Source: Squalus acanthias (lineage: Eukaryota). From it: 64,000 bases of DNA. The position numbers were made by a program, and so were the translations under genes. Below are positions 25,065 through 36,951 of this stretch, in pieces. The notes beneath the pieces were generated by a model. That model was not told the origin of the DNA, ran no database searches, and saw only the letters and a program-made list of their open reading frames with translations. The stretch covers positions 140,060,001 through 140,124,000 of the forward strand of contig CM059432.1 in NCBI GenBank assembly GCA_030390025.1, in the 5' to 3' direction. Positions within the stretch are counted from its first letter, which is position 1; each line of letters starts with the position of its first letter.

Positions 25065-26540
25065 AAGAATTTGCATTTATATCGTGCTTTATATCGCAAA
25101 ATGCTTCACAGTCAATCGATTACTTCTGTAGACATTGTAGGCAAACGCAGCAGCCAACTTGTACATAGCAAGATCTCACAGCCAACTTGTACATAGCAAG
25201 ATCTCACAGCCAACTTGTACATAGCAAGATCTCACAGCCAACTTGTACATAGCAAGATCTCACAGCCAACTTGTACATAGCAAGATCTCACAACCAACTT
25301 GTACATAGCAAGATCTCACAACCAACTTGTACATAGCAAGATCTCACAACCAACTTGTACATAGCAAGATCTCACAACCAACTTGTACATAGCAAGATCT
25401 CACAACCAACTTGTACATAGCAAGATCTCACAGCCAACTTGTACATAGCAAGATCTCACAACCAACTTGTACATAGCAAGATCTCACAACCAACTTGTAC
25501 ATAGCAAGATCTCACAAACAACTTGTACATAGCAAGATCTCACAACCAACTTGTACATAGCAAGATCTCACAACCAACTTGTACATAGCAAGATCTCACA
25601 GCCAACTTGTACATAGCAAGATCTCACAACCAACTTGTACATAGCAAGATCTCACAACCAACTTGTACATAGCAAGATCTCACAGCCAACTTGTACATAG
25701 CAAGATCTCACAACCAACTTGTACATAGCAAGATCTCACAACCAACTTGTACATAGCAAGATCTCACAACCAACTTGTACATAGCAAGATCTCACAACCA
25801 ACTTGTACATAGCAAGATCTCACAACCAACTTGTACATAGCAAGATCTCACAACCAACTTGTACATAGCAAGATCTCACAACCAACTTGTACATAGCAAG
25901 ATCTCACAGCCAACTTGTACATAGCAAGATCTCACAACCAACTTGTACATAGCAAGATCTCACAACCAACTTGTACATAGCAAGATCTCACAACCAACTT
26001 GTACATAGCAAGATCTCACAACCAACTTGTACATAGCAAGATCTCACAACCAACTTGTACATAGCAAGATCTCACAACCAACTTGTACATAGCAAGATCT
26101 CACAACCAACTTGTACATAGCAAGATCTCACAACCAACTTGTACATAGCAAGATCTCACAGCCAACTTGTACATAGCAAGATCTCACAACCAACTTGTAC
26201 ATAGCAAGATCTCACAACCAACTTGTACATAGCAAGATCTCACAAACAGCAAATGAACGAATGACCACCTAAGTTTCTTTTTGGTGGTGTTGATTGAGGG
26301 AAGAATGTTGGCCAAAATAAGAAAACTCCCCGCTCTTCACATAATGCAATGGCATCCTCACTATCGACCTGAGCTGTCAGTCTGGGACTTGGCTTAACAT
26401 CTCATCTGAAAGACAGAAACTCTGACACCCCACCACTTCCCCCAATTCTGTACTGAAGTGTCAGCTTAGATTATGTGTGGGTTTTGAATCCACAACCTTC
26501 TGACCCAAGGAGGAGAGTGCTACCAATTCAGCCACGCTGA
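25065..26540 (-). mobile_element. Diverged SacSINE1-like SINE hosting a minisatellite
   Basis: Tail at 25065-25150, core and head at 26243-26540, colinear with intact copies. Confidence 0.85.
25151..26242. repeat. Minisatellite, 39 x 28 bp, unit CA(A/G)CCAACTTGTACATAGCAAGATCTCA
   Basis: Read directly: 1092 bp / 28 = 39 units; variation only at unit positions 3-4. Confidence 0.98.
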
Positions 26541-26544
26541 GGGC

Positions 26545-27075
26545 CATTTGTTCGTGGGATGTGGGCAATGCTGTCAATGGGCTATGTATTGCCCATCCCT
26601 AGTTGCTCTGAGAAGATAATGGCAGCCTCCTTCCTTGAATCATTGTAGTCCATGATGGTGCTCCCACAATGGAGGTAGGGAAATTTCAGGATATTGACCC
26701 AGTGACAATGAAAAGGACAGTGGTATCAATGTTCCCCCTAATTTTATTCAGGGTGCGCGGTCCCTTTAATGGGTTGCGCAGCCCATTCAAAGTTTCACGC
26801 ACGAGTGAAATTTCTCATTTGAAAAGCCGGTCCTGGGCTGCGTGGGACCAGCAGACAGTTGCGCGGCCGCGCAGCTTAGAGGGATCTTTGAGTGGTATAT
26901 GTCCAAATAGTGTTCTCATGACATTACTTCCTACTTCTCAGTGGTCGAGGTCACAATGGTAGGAGATGCTGTTGAAGTAACCTTGGTGAGTTGCTGCAAT
27001 GCATCTTGCAGTCATATATACTGTAGCCAAAGTGTGCCAGTGGTGGAGGAGGTGGATTTTGAGTCCAGTGGACTG
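26545..27075 (-). mobile_element. Old LINE family B 3' fragment
   Basis: gggatgtgggcaatgctg...attgcccatccctagttg tail. Confidence 0.75.
26727..26890. mobile_element. hAT-type MITE
   Basis: TIR caatgttcccccta / tagagggatctttg; 8-bp TSD agtggtat at 26719-26726 and 26891-26898. Confidence 0.85.
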
Positions 27076-27949
27076 GAGTTCCCTCAGTCAACCCCTCCAC
27101 CTCCCTCTTCTCCTTCAAGACCCTCCTTAAAACCCACCTCTTTGACCAAGCGTTGGGTCACCTCTCCTTTGGCTCTGTGAAGCACCTTGGGACATTTTTC
27201 TATGCTAAAGGTACTATATAGACGCAAGTTGTTGTGATTGTTATTTTAAATTGATAGCGCTAATAGGGCCGATTTTACAATGGCAAGCCTCCGATGGGAA
27301 GCCTCACCTGTCAGGACCACATATCGAAAAATTTTGAGCAACAGTATTTTCTGTCAAATAAAATTTCATAAAATCAACTCTAATATTCCATTGATAACGC
27401 TACTCCTGACATTTGACCAGTTGTATTACTGTATTATCAAGATTTATTTCAATGGCACAATGTTTGTGCCAGTGAGGGTCAAACCATACCCCAAAGCCTA
27501 ACCTCTAAAGGCCACTGCAGTTAAATGATGGACCATTTCTCAGAATCATTCATATATTTCAGGGAGAGGAATTGTACCTCAATAAAAATAATGAATCTTT
27601 TAAAGTGATATGTCTCGCAGAGAGATGCTGACGCCATCACTTAACAAAGAACAGAACAGAGGCTGATTTAGGCTTCCCTTGATGATAATCTTCATTCCAG
27701 TACATCCAACCACTGCTGTTATAGCAAGGCAGAAACAAGTAATGAATGAAATAACATGTGATTATTATAATACCCTTATTTGAAGCATTGGTCACAAATT
27801 GCAACATAGTCACTTTAGTGCAAAGTAATGGGACAAAATGCAAAGTATTTTCTATATAGTGGAAATATATATGAAGAAGTATTGCATATAGTGTACCTGT
27901 CTATCATATCTGTCTTTCACATCTCAGGCATCACAATTCAGGAATTTTT

Positions 27950-28305
27950 TTCTTTATTCATTGACGGGATGTGGGCGTCGCTGGCAAGGCCAGCATTCAT
28001 TGCCCACCCCTAATTGCCCTTGGTGAGCCACCTTCTTGAACCGCTGCAGTCCGCGTGGTGAAGGTACTCCCACAGTGCTGTGAGAGAAGAAGTTCCAGTA
28101 TTTTGACCCAATGACGATGAAGGAACGGCGATATATTTCTAAGTCAGGATGGTGTGTGACTCGATGGGGAACTTGGAGGTGGTGGTGTTCCCATGCGCCT
28201 ACTGCCCTTGTCCCTAGAGGTCGTGGGTTTGGGAGGTGCTGCCGAAGAAGCCTTGGCGAGTTGCTGCAGTGCATCTTGTAGATGGTACACACTGCAGCCA
28301 CGGTA
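27950..28305 (-). mobile_element. LINE family B 3' fragment
   Basis: AAVCTIYKMHCSNSPRLL... and the family tail. Confidence 0.9.
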
Positions 28306-28594
28306 CGTCATGTATGAAATGCAAAGCATGATTCACACAGGCACCTGATTGGCTTGAATCTCACATTTATAAAACTGCAATGAATCAGCAGTGAACAAGT
28401 AGAGAAAAATTATTATGGATGTATGGAATCAATCACCAATCAGCAGTCAGTATAAGTTACCAATAAACACCAATGAAATTGATCCCAATATTGATTGAAA
28501 ACTCCTTTGGCCACCACCTTGTCTACTCCACTGAGCTGAGGACTCATTACTGACAATAGGTGGGGAGAAATTCAACCTCATTTTGCCCATTATA

Positions 28595-29068
28595 AGAACA
28601 TAAGAACATAAGAAATAGGGGGAGTAGGCCATTTGGCCCCTCGAGCCTGCTCCGCCATTTAATGAGATCATGGCTGATCTGATCTTGGGCTCAGCTCCAT
28701 TTCCCTGCCCGCTCCCCATCACCTATCACTCCCTTATTGTTCAAAAATCTGTCTATCTCCACCTTAAATATATTCAATGACCCAGCCTCCACAGCTCTCT
28801 GGGGCAGAGAATTCCACAGATTTACAACCCTCTGAGAGAAGAAATTCCTCCTCATCTCAATTTTAAATGGGCGACCCTTTATTCTGAAACTATGCCCCCG
28901 AGTTCTAGATTCCCCCATTAGGGGAAACATCTTCTCTGCATCTACCTTGTTGAGCCCCCTCGGTATCTTATATGTTTCAATAAGATCATCCCTCATTCTT
29001 CTAAACTCCAATGAGTATAGGCCCAACCTCCTCAACCCCTTCATCTCAGGAATCAACCTCGTGAACCT
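28595..29068 (-). mobile_element. CR1 3' fragment
   Basis: ORF 28691-29056 (LYSLEFRRMR.DLIETYK) and (aagaacat)n tail. Confidence 0.92.
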
Positions 29069-29529
29069 TATTCGGGCGTAAAAGGAGGGAAAAACTCACC
29101 AAAATTGGGCCGTAGATCTCCTGAACGTCGGCGGCTGCCATTTTGAATCAGATGACTTTTAGTTGCCCACAGCGCCCGCCTGAAGCAGGCGTTAGGCCCC
29201 CTTGACCATGGTAATCAAGAGCCTAACACCTGTTTCAGAGCCCTGATGCCAAATTTGGCAATAACTGGGTGAAGCATGCATCCAGGTCAGCATCTGAGCC
29301 GGCTTATTTATCGGGAATGCCGGCCGACGAGCTGCATCAGGACGCCTGTGTGACGGAATTATGGAGATAAAGCCTAAATCCCAATTTGTGCCTCCGTCTT
29401 TGGGCATGCCTTTTCAACACTTGTATAATTTTGTGCCAGTTCCACGCGAAAACGCCATTTCTCCCCCAAGATTTGGAAAGTAATAACATAAATACATTTA
29501 CAGGAGCCAAATTTGGACAGGCCGTGATC

Positions 29530-30778
29530 CTGGCAGTAGTAATCGAGATGCCTGGACTAATAATCCAGGGGAACGTGAGTTCAAATCCCACCACGGCAGT
29601 TTGAGAATTTAAATTCAGTTGAAAAATCTGTACATTAAAAAGCCGCTATCAGTAAAAGTGACCGTGAAGCTGTCGGATTGTCGTAAAAGCACTGGGGGCG
29701 CGATCTTGCCAGCCCTGGGGAGGCGGGTTTGGAGGCTGGACTGCCGGGGAAATGGCAGAATTTTGGGGCAGGTACCCAACTCGCCCCCAACCTGCCTCCA
29801 TGCCATCTTCCCAGGAGGCGGGTAGCCGTCCCGCGCCGGGTCCCGTCTCCTTGGATGGGGGAAGGGATTAAAGCCACTTAACTGCCTGTTAACAGGTAGT
29901 TAACAGGCAGAAAATAGGATTATCCCCTTTTTGCCCACACAAGTGCGGTATTCCCGAAGGCTCCGAACCCCGCCAGGTCACCGAGGCGAGTAGGGGGTCT
30001 GCGGGGGTCGGAGGGGTATAAAAGTGTGCTGTGGAGGTGAGTGATGGGTGCAAGTGTGGAGAGGTGAGTATCTGAGGTAAGTGCAAAGTGTTAGAAAAAG
30101 CATACTTACCTTTGTTTCTTCCTGCAGGCTTCAATCGGTGGGTATGCGGAGAGTCTCGCACCTCCGTGGTAGAGATGACAGATGGCCGTTGCATTCTCCA
30201 ATGCAACAACCATCTCATTTCTGCAAAAGAAAGAGGTTTGATGAGGTTTTGAATTCAAGACCTCATCAAACTACAGAGAATGTCAGTGTTTGACAGCTTC
30301 ACAGAGCTGTCAAACGATAACAATTCATCTGGCAAAAATTTTTGACAGATGAAACGTCATACGCTGACATTCTCTGCAACTGGCTTTCCCTTAATTGGCC
30401 TGCTAAACCCGCTGGGTGGGCTTAACAAGGTCAATCAAGGAAAAATAGTGTGGGTTGGCCAGAAGTTGATGGAGGCGGGAGGCCGACAAGTGGGAGTCCC
30501 GCCTCCAAAAGCTCCCCATTGAGAAAATCACCCCCTACCAGTTCACTAATGTACTTTAGGGAAGGTAATCTGCCGTCCTTACCAAGTCTGGCCTTTAAGT
30601 GATTCCTGTCCCACGCCAACGTGGTTGACCTTTAACCGCCCCCTGAAGTGGCCTAGCAAGACACTCAGTTGTATCAAAAACCACGACAAAAGAATAACAC
30701 CATCTTCTCAGGGCAACTTGTTGGGCAATAAATGCCGGCCTTGCCAGCGACGCCCACATCCCCAGAATGAATTTTTTA
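29530..30778 (+). mobile_element. tRNA-derived SINE carrying the LINE family B 3' tail, split by a Harbinger-like element
   Basis: B box gagttcaaatcc at about 29577; core gttcactaatgtactttagggaagg; tail ggcaataaatgccggccttgccagcgacgcccacatccc nearly identical to LINE B. Confidence 0.75.
29694..30535. mobile_element. Non-autonomous Harbinger-like element with an internal palindrome cluster
   Basis: Termini gggggcgcgatctt / gaaaatcaccccc, subterminal ggaggcggg / cccgcctcc; the host SINE resumes on both sides. Confidence 0.7.
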
Positions 30779-31011
30779 ATGTGGCCAGGATTGTGCCTGC
30801 TTGGTGCCTCCAGCTCGGTCCCTGTGTCAGGAGCAGGGACCTAAATTACAAGTGGCTCTGTGAGGAGGGGGGGTGGTGGAGGTGAAGGGGGGCATCCGAG
30901 CCACTACAGGCACATTTCTGGCACCTGCCAGGCCCATGCTACTGGGAAATCAGATCTTTGCACCCATTAAGAATGGGTGTCAGTCAGGGTGCTGCCCCCT
31001 CTAATACAGGG

Positions 31012-32128
31012 GACTATGGGGCGTCAGCGGACAAGTAGCAGAATGGATTGCTCGCTGGCTTCAGGACAGAAAGCAGAGAGTGGGGGTAAAGGGTAGCTAA
31101 TCACAGTGGCAGAAGGTGGGTAGTGGTGTTCCACAAGGATCAGTGCTGGGACCGCTGCTGTTCACAATTTACATTTAACGATTTAGATTTTGGAATCAAA
31201 ATCACAATTTCTAAATTTGCGGATGACATCAAATTGGGGGGGGTAGTCAATACTGAGGAGGACTGCAACAAATTACAGGAGGACATTAATAAACTTGCAG
31301 AATGGGCATATAATTGGCAAATTAATGTGAGGTATTACATTTTGGTAGGAAGAATAGGGAGGTCACTTATCACTTGGAGGGTGCGAGTCTAGGTGGGGTA
31401 GAGGAACAAAGGGATCTCGGAGTACAAATACACAAATCACTAAAAGTTGCGACACAGGTTAGCAAGGCCATAAAAAAAGCAAACCAAGCACTAGGGTTTA
31501 TTTCTAGAGGGATAGAATTGAAAAGTAGGGAAGTTATGCTATACCTGTATTGAACCTTGGTTAGACCACACTTGGAGTACTGCGTACAGTTCTGGTCGCC
31601 ATATTATAAAAAGGATATAGAGGCACTGGAGAGGGTCCAAAGAAGACTTACAAGGATAATACCAGAAATGTGAGGGTATACATATCAGGAAAGGATGAAC
31701 AGGCTGGGTCTCTTTTCTCTTGAAAAAAGAAGGCTGAGGGGTGACCTAATAGAGGTCTTTAAAATTATGAAAGGTTTTGATAGAGTGGATACAGAGAGAA
31801 TGTTTCCACTTGTGGGGAAGAGCAAAACTAGAGGCCGTCCATATAAGATAGTCACCAAGAAATCTAATGGGGAATTCAGAAGAAACTTCTTTACCCAGAG
31901 AGTGGTGAGAATGTGGAACTCGCTACCACAGGGAGTGGTTGAGGCGAATAGTATAGATACATTTAAGGGGAGGCTGGACAAGCATATGAGGGAGAAGGGA
32001 ATAGAGGGTTATGCAGATAGATTGAGATGAGGAAAGGCGGGAAGAGGCTCGTGTGGAGCATAAACGCTGGCATTGACTGGTTGGTCCGAATGGCCTGTTT
32101 CTGTGCCGTATATCCTATGTAATCCTAT
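31012..32128 (+). mobile_element. CR1 LINE 3' portion, decayed
   Basis: SKFADDIKLGG, LFSLEKRRLRGDLIEV, (atcctatg)-type tail. Confidence 0.92.
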
Positions 32129-32334
32129 GTTTGGGGTGCACAGCGAACAGAGGAAATCTTTCCTCTTGTTTGGCAGGCTGGCCATTAAAGCCTCCATTCT
32201 TAGATTGAACTTGACCATCATAGGTCACCCGTCACATTACAGTTTATCTACTCATGGTCACAATAAGGTCTTTTATACTAGGAAAAAAGCCCTCAAACTC
32301 AGAACACTTTTATTCATTAATAAGATAGTACCGT

Positions 32335-32690
32335 AGAATCATAGAATCGTACAGCACAGAAGGAGGCCATTCGGCCCATCGTGCCCTTGCCGGCTCTTTG
32401 AAAGAGCTGTCCAATTAGTCCCACTCCCCCTGCTCTTTCCCCATAGCCCTGCAAATTTCTCCTTTTCAAGTATATATCAAATTCCCTTTTGAAAGTTACT
32501 ATTGAATCTGCTTCCACCGTCCTTTCAGGCAGTGCATTCCAGGTCATGACAACTCGCTGAGTAAAAAACAATTCTCCTCATCTCCCCTCCGGTTCGTTTG
32601 CCAATGACCTTAAATCTGTGTCCTCTGGTTACCGACCCTCCTGCCACTGGAAACAGTTTCTTTTTATTGACTCTGTCAAAACTCCTCATA
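32335..32690 (-). mobile_element. CR1 3' fragment
   Basis: FFTQRVVMTWNALPE and (atagaatc)n tail. Confidence 0.88.
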
Positions 32691-33085
32691 GTAACAAACA
32701 TGTTTTACATTTTACTGTTTTATGTTATCTTTTGGAAGTCACATTATATACGAAAAATAGATGAAACAGATAGTTTAAAATAATTTGTTTAGCTGGTTTC
32801 AGCCAGTCTTTATACTGTGTTGACAAATTGTTCACATGTATGACATAGAGCTGTAGCTAACCTGAGGGTAATGAAGTTAGCTCTGGATATAATAATGTTA
32901 ACGCCTGTGAAGGGGATGATTGAGTAAATGAAGCGATGGCAGCTGATGTATGGTGACTGTCTGAGGTAGTAATGTCCAGATTAAGTATACTTATTTCAGC
33001 TTTTAAATCAGGTACTTGAACGTTCATGAGTCAGAACACTCTTACAACAATTATGTGTCCTCATGAAAGTTAAAGGAAATATATT

Positions 33086-35274
33086 GGGCCAGAAATTCGG
33101 CTCTTGTCGGGTGAGTACGCGCGCGTAAGGGGACGCTTCGAACATAAAAAGAAAAAGGGTGGCTAAAGTAAATGTTGGTCCCTTAGAGGATGAGACCGGG
33201 AAATTAATGGTGGGAAATATGGAGATGGCAAAAACACTGAATGAATATTTTGTATCAGTCTTTACAGTAGAGGACACTAAGAATATCCCAACACTGGACA
33301 AACAGGGGGCTATAGGGGGAGAGGAGCTAAACACGATCAAAATCACTAAGGAAGTGGTACTCGGTAAAATAATGGGACTCAAGGCGGATAAATCACCTGG
33401 ACCTGATGGCTTACATCCTAGAGTCTTGAAGGAAGTGGCGGTAGGGATTGTAGATGCATTGGTAATAATTTTTCAAAACTCCCTGGATTCCGCTAAGGTC
33501 CCGGCAGACTGGAAAACTGCTAATGTAACACCCTTATTTAAAAAGGGCAGTAGACAGAAGGCTGGTAACTATAGACCGGTTAGCCTAACATCTGTGGTAG
33601 GTAAAATTTTGGAGTCCATTATTAAGGAAACAGTAACAGGACATTTGGATAATCATAATTTAATCGGACAAAGTCAGCATGGTTTTACGAAGGGGAAGTC
33701 ATGTTTGACAAATTTGCTGGAGTTCTTTGAGGAAGTAACATATAGAGTGGATAAAGGGGAACCAGTGGACGTAGTGTATTTAGACTTCCAAAAGGCATTT
33801 GACAAGGTGCCACACAAAAGATTATTGCTTAAGGTAAAAAATCACGGGATTGGGGGTAATATTCTGGCATGGATAGAGGATTGGCTATCTAACAGAAAGC
33901 AAAGAGTTGGGATAAATGGTTCATTCTCAGACTGGCAATCAGTAACTAGTGGTGTTCCACAGGGGTCAGTGCTGGGTCCCCAACTCTTCACAATCTATAT
34001 TAACGATTTGGAGGAAGGGACCAAGTGTAACATATCAAAATTTGCAGATGATACAAAGATGGGAGGGAAAGTAGTGAGTGAGGAGGACATAAAAAACCTG
34101 CAAGGGGACATAGACAGGCTAAGTAAGTGGGCAGAGATTTGGCAGATGGAATACAACACTGGAAAGTGTGAGGTGATGCACTTTGGCAGGAAAAATCCTA
34201 GAGCAATTTATTATCTTAATGGCAAGAAACTGGAGAGTACTGAAGTGCAAAGGGATCTGGGGGTCCTGGTGCACGAAACTCAAAAGGTTAGTATGCAGGT
34301 GCAGCAAGTGATTAAGAAGGCAAATGGAATGTTGGCTTTCATTGCTAGGGGGATAGAATATAAAAATAGGGAGGTATTGCTTCAGTTGTACAAGGTATTG
34401 GTGAGACCGCACCTGGAATACTGCATACAGTTTTGGTGTCCTTACTTAAGGAAAGACATCCTTGCTCTCGAGGCAGTGCAAAAAAGGTTCACTCGGTTAA
34501 TCCCGGGGATGAGGGGGTGGTCATATGAGGAGAGGTTGGGTAGATTGGGACTCTACTCATTGGAGTTCAGAAGAATGAGAGGCGATCTTATTGAAACATA
34601 TAAGATTGTGAAGGGGTTGGATCGGGTGGATGCGGGGAGGATGTTCCCGATGACGGGTGAGACGAGAACTAGGGGACATAGTCTTAGAATAAGGGGCTGC
34701 TCTTTCAAAACTGAGATGAGGAGGAACTACTTCACTCAGAGGGTGGTAGGTCCATGGAATATGCTGCCACAAAAAGCTGTAGAAGCTACAACATTAATTA
34801 AATTTAAAACAGAAATAGACAGTTTCCTAGAAGTAAAGGGCATTAAGGGTTACGGGGAGCGGGCAGGAATTTGGACATGAGTCTAGGTTCGGATCGGTCA
34901 TGGCCCTGTGGGTAGTGGAGCGGGCCCAGGGACTGTGTAGCCTGATTCTGCTCCTATTTCGTGTGTGCAATTCTGTTAGATGCAGGAGATGGTTCTGTGA
35001 TAGATAGTAGATTGGCGGTTAGGATCAGATCAGCCATGATCTTATTGAATGGCGGAGCAGGCTCGAGGGGCCGATTGGCCTACTCCTGCTCCTATTTCTT
35101 ATGTTCTTATGTTCTAACTGCGCCCCTGGGATACACAAGCACTGTGCGCCGGCAGCTGCAGGAGGCCCAGGACCCGAAGTCCTCATGGGCCCAAAGCACA
35201 ACTGCAGGCGCGGTGGGCAAGTACGCGTGCGATGCTTGCTCCCGCAGGAAGCCGGAAAGCCGAAGATCTGGCCC
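33086..35274. mobile_element. Harbinger-type MITE interrupted by CR1
   Basis: TIRs gggccagaaattcggc / gccgaagatctggccc (14/16 match), 3-bp TSD att. Confidence 0.8.
33144..35115 (+). mobile_element. CR1 LINE, 5'-truncated, open 573-aa RT region (33159-34880), double tail
   Basis: KSPGPDG, NYRPVSLTS, YLDFQKAFDKVPH, GVPQGSVLGP, KFADD; aac on both flanks. Confidence 0.97.
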
Positions 35275-35816
35275 ATTATTTTTGGATATAATCAAATGTC
35301 TCTATCCCACTCCAGAGACTTGAGCACAAAAATCCAGATTGACACTCCCGGTGCCATTAACAAGCGAGTGCTGCACTGACAGAGGTGCTGTCTTTTGGAT
35401 GAGATGTTAAACTGCTTTCTAACGTGGACGTAAAAGATCCCAGGGCACGGAGTGCAGATTGGAACAGAGTGTTAAGCTGCGAGTTTTGGTGAGTGAGGGA
35501 GTGCAGGGAGGGAGGTGTTCCTTCCTTTTTCCATCTTTGTCAGCTTCCTGGTGCGGCGGCAGACCTGCGTGAGGCGAGGCGGCGGCAGAGGGTTTAAAAG
35601 GCTCCAGAGACCAGGTAAGGCGGGACCAGTCTCCGAACTTGGAGGGAGGGAGAGAGGTAAAAAAATAATCGAGGTGTGACGTCACCAGAAAGCAGGTGAG
35701 TATTTCTCTCTTTTTAAACTTAAACTCGGTGGTTTATAGTTTCTAAGGTGTGATATTCATCAGGTGGGGCAGAGGGTATTTAAAAAAATATTAATAAATT
35801 TAATTAATTACATAGA

Positions 35817-36773
35817 ATGGGAGAGCAGGTGATGTGTTACTGCTGCAATATGTGGGAGCTGGTGGACACCATTGATGCTCACGGTGATCACATTTGCAGT
35901 AAGTGTTGGCTGCTCGAGGAACTCCGGCTCCGTGTTGATGAGCTGGAGTCCGAGCTTCAAACACTGCGACACATCAGGGAGGGGGAGAGTTACCTGGACT
36001 CTGTGTTCCAGGAAGTAGTCACACCAATTAGATTAACTAATTCAGATGTAGTCCATGGCCAGGGACAGGAGGGTGTGACTATGAGTGAGGCAGGTACGGG
36101 GATCCAGGAGGTAGTGTTGGAGGAGTCGCAGCCCTTGCTCTTGTCCAACAGGTTCGAGGCTCTTACTCCCTGTGAGGACGGGAGCAGGGACTGCAGGGAG
36201 GATGAGCAACCTGGCCACAGCACTGTGGAACGGGGGGCCATTCAAGTGGGGGGAGTAAAAAGAAATGTTGTAGTAGTAGGGGATAGTATCATAAGGGGGA
36301 TAGATAGGGTTCTTTGCAGCCGAGAGCATGAGTCCCGAAGGCTGTGTTGCCTGCCCGGTGCCAGTGTTAGGGACATCTCCTCTGGGCTGGAGAGAAACTT
36401 GGAGTGGGAGGGGGAGGATCCAGTTGTCATGGTCCATGTTGGTACCAACGACATAGAGAGGACAAGGAAAGAGGTTCTGCTGAGGGAGTATGAGCAGCTA
36501 GGGGCCAAATTAAAAAGCAGAACCACAAGGGTAATAATCTCTGGATTACTACCTGAGCCATGAGCAAATTTGGCTAGGGTAAATAAAATCAGAGAGTTAA
36601 ATGCGTGGCTCAATGACTGGTGTGGGAGAAATGGGTTTTGCTTCTTGGGACACTGGCACCAGTACTGGGACGGGAGAGAGCTGTTCCGTTGGGACGGATT
36701 TCACTTGGCCAGTGCTGGGACTAGAATCCTGGCGAATCGAATAACTAGGGCTGTAGAGAGGGCTTTAAACTAA
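35817..36773 (+). pseudogene. CR1 ORF1p (zinc finger / leucine zipper plus SGNH esterase) with one in-frame TGA at 36561-36563
   Basis: CYCC...CSKC, LEELRLRVDELESEL, VVGDSI, CLPGA, HVGTND, DGFHL. Confidence 0.92.
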
Positions 36774-36951
36774 TTAGTGGGGGGGAGGTTTCAAGAGAGC
36801 AAAGAATAAAAATGTCAGCGGAGAAGGCAATAGAGCAAATTAGCAGTGGGGAAATTAAAAACCAGAGCGTGTCAGGAAGGGACAGAATATATAAAGATAA
36901 AGGTAAAGTAGTAAAGGGGGTAAAAGCAGGAAAAAAGATTGTCACAAAACA

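Noticed and set aside
25151..26242. CRISPR-like array of 28-bp repeats
   Set aside because: Units are head-to-tail with no unique spacers, no cas genes are present, the context is eukaryotic, and the unit derives from the surrounding SINE.
33159..34880. Long RT ORFs (also 59344-61356) as host genes, retrons or DGR/defence RTs
   Set aside because: Canonical CR1 ORF2 motifs, 5' truncation, CR1 tails and many paralogous fragments in the window.
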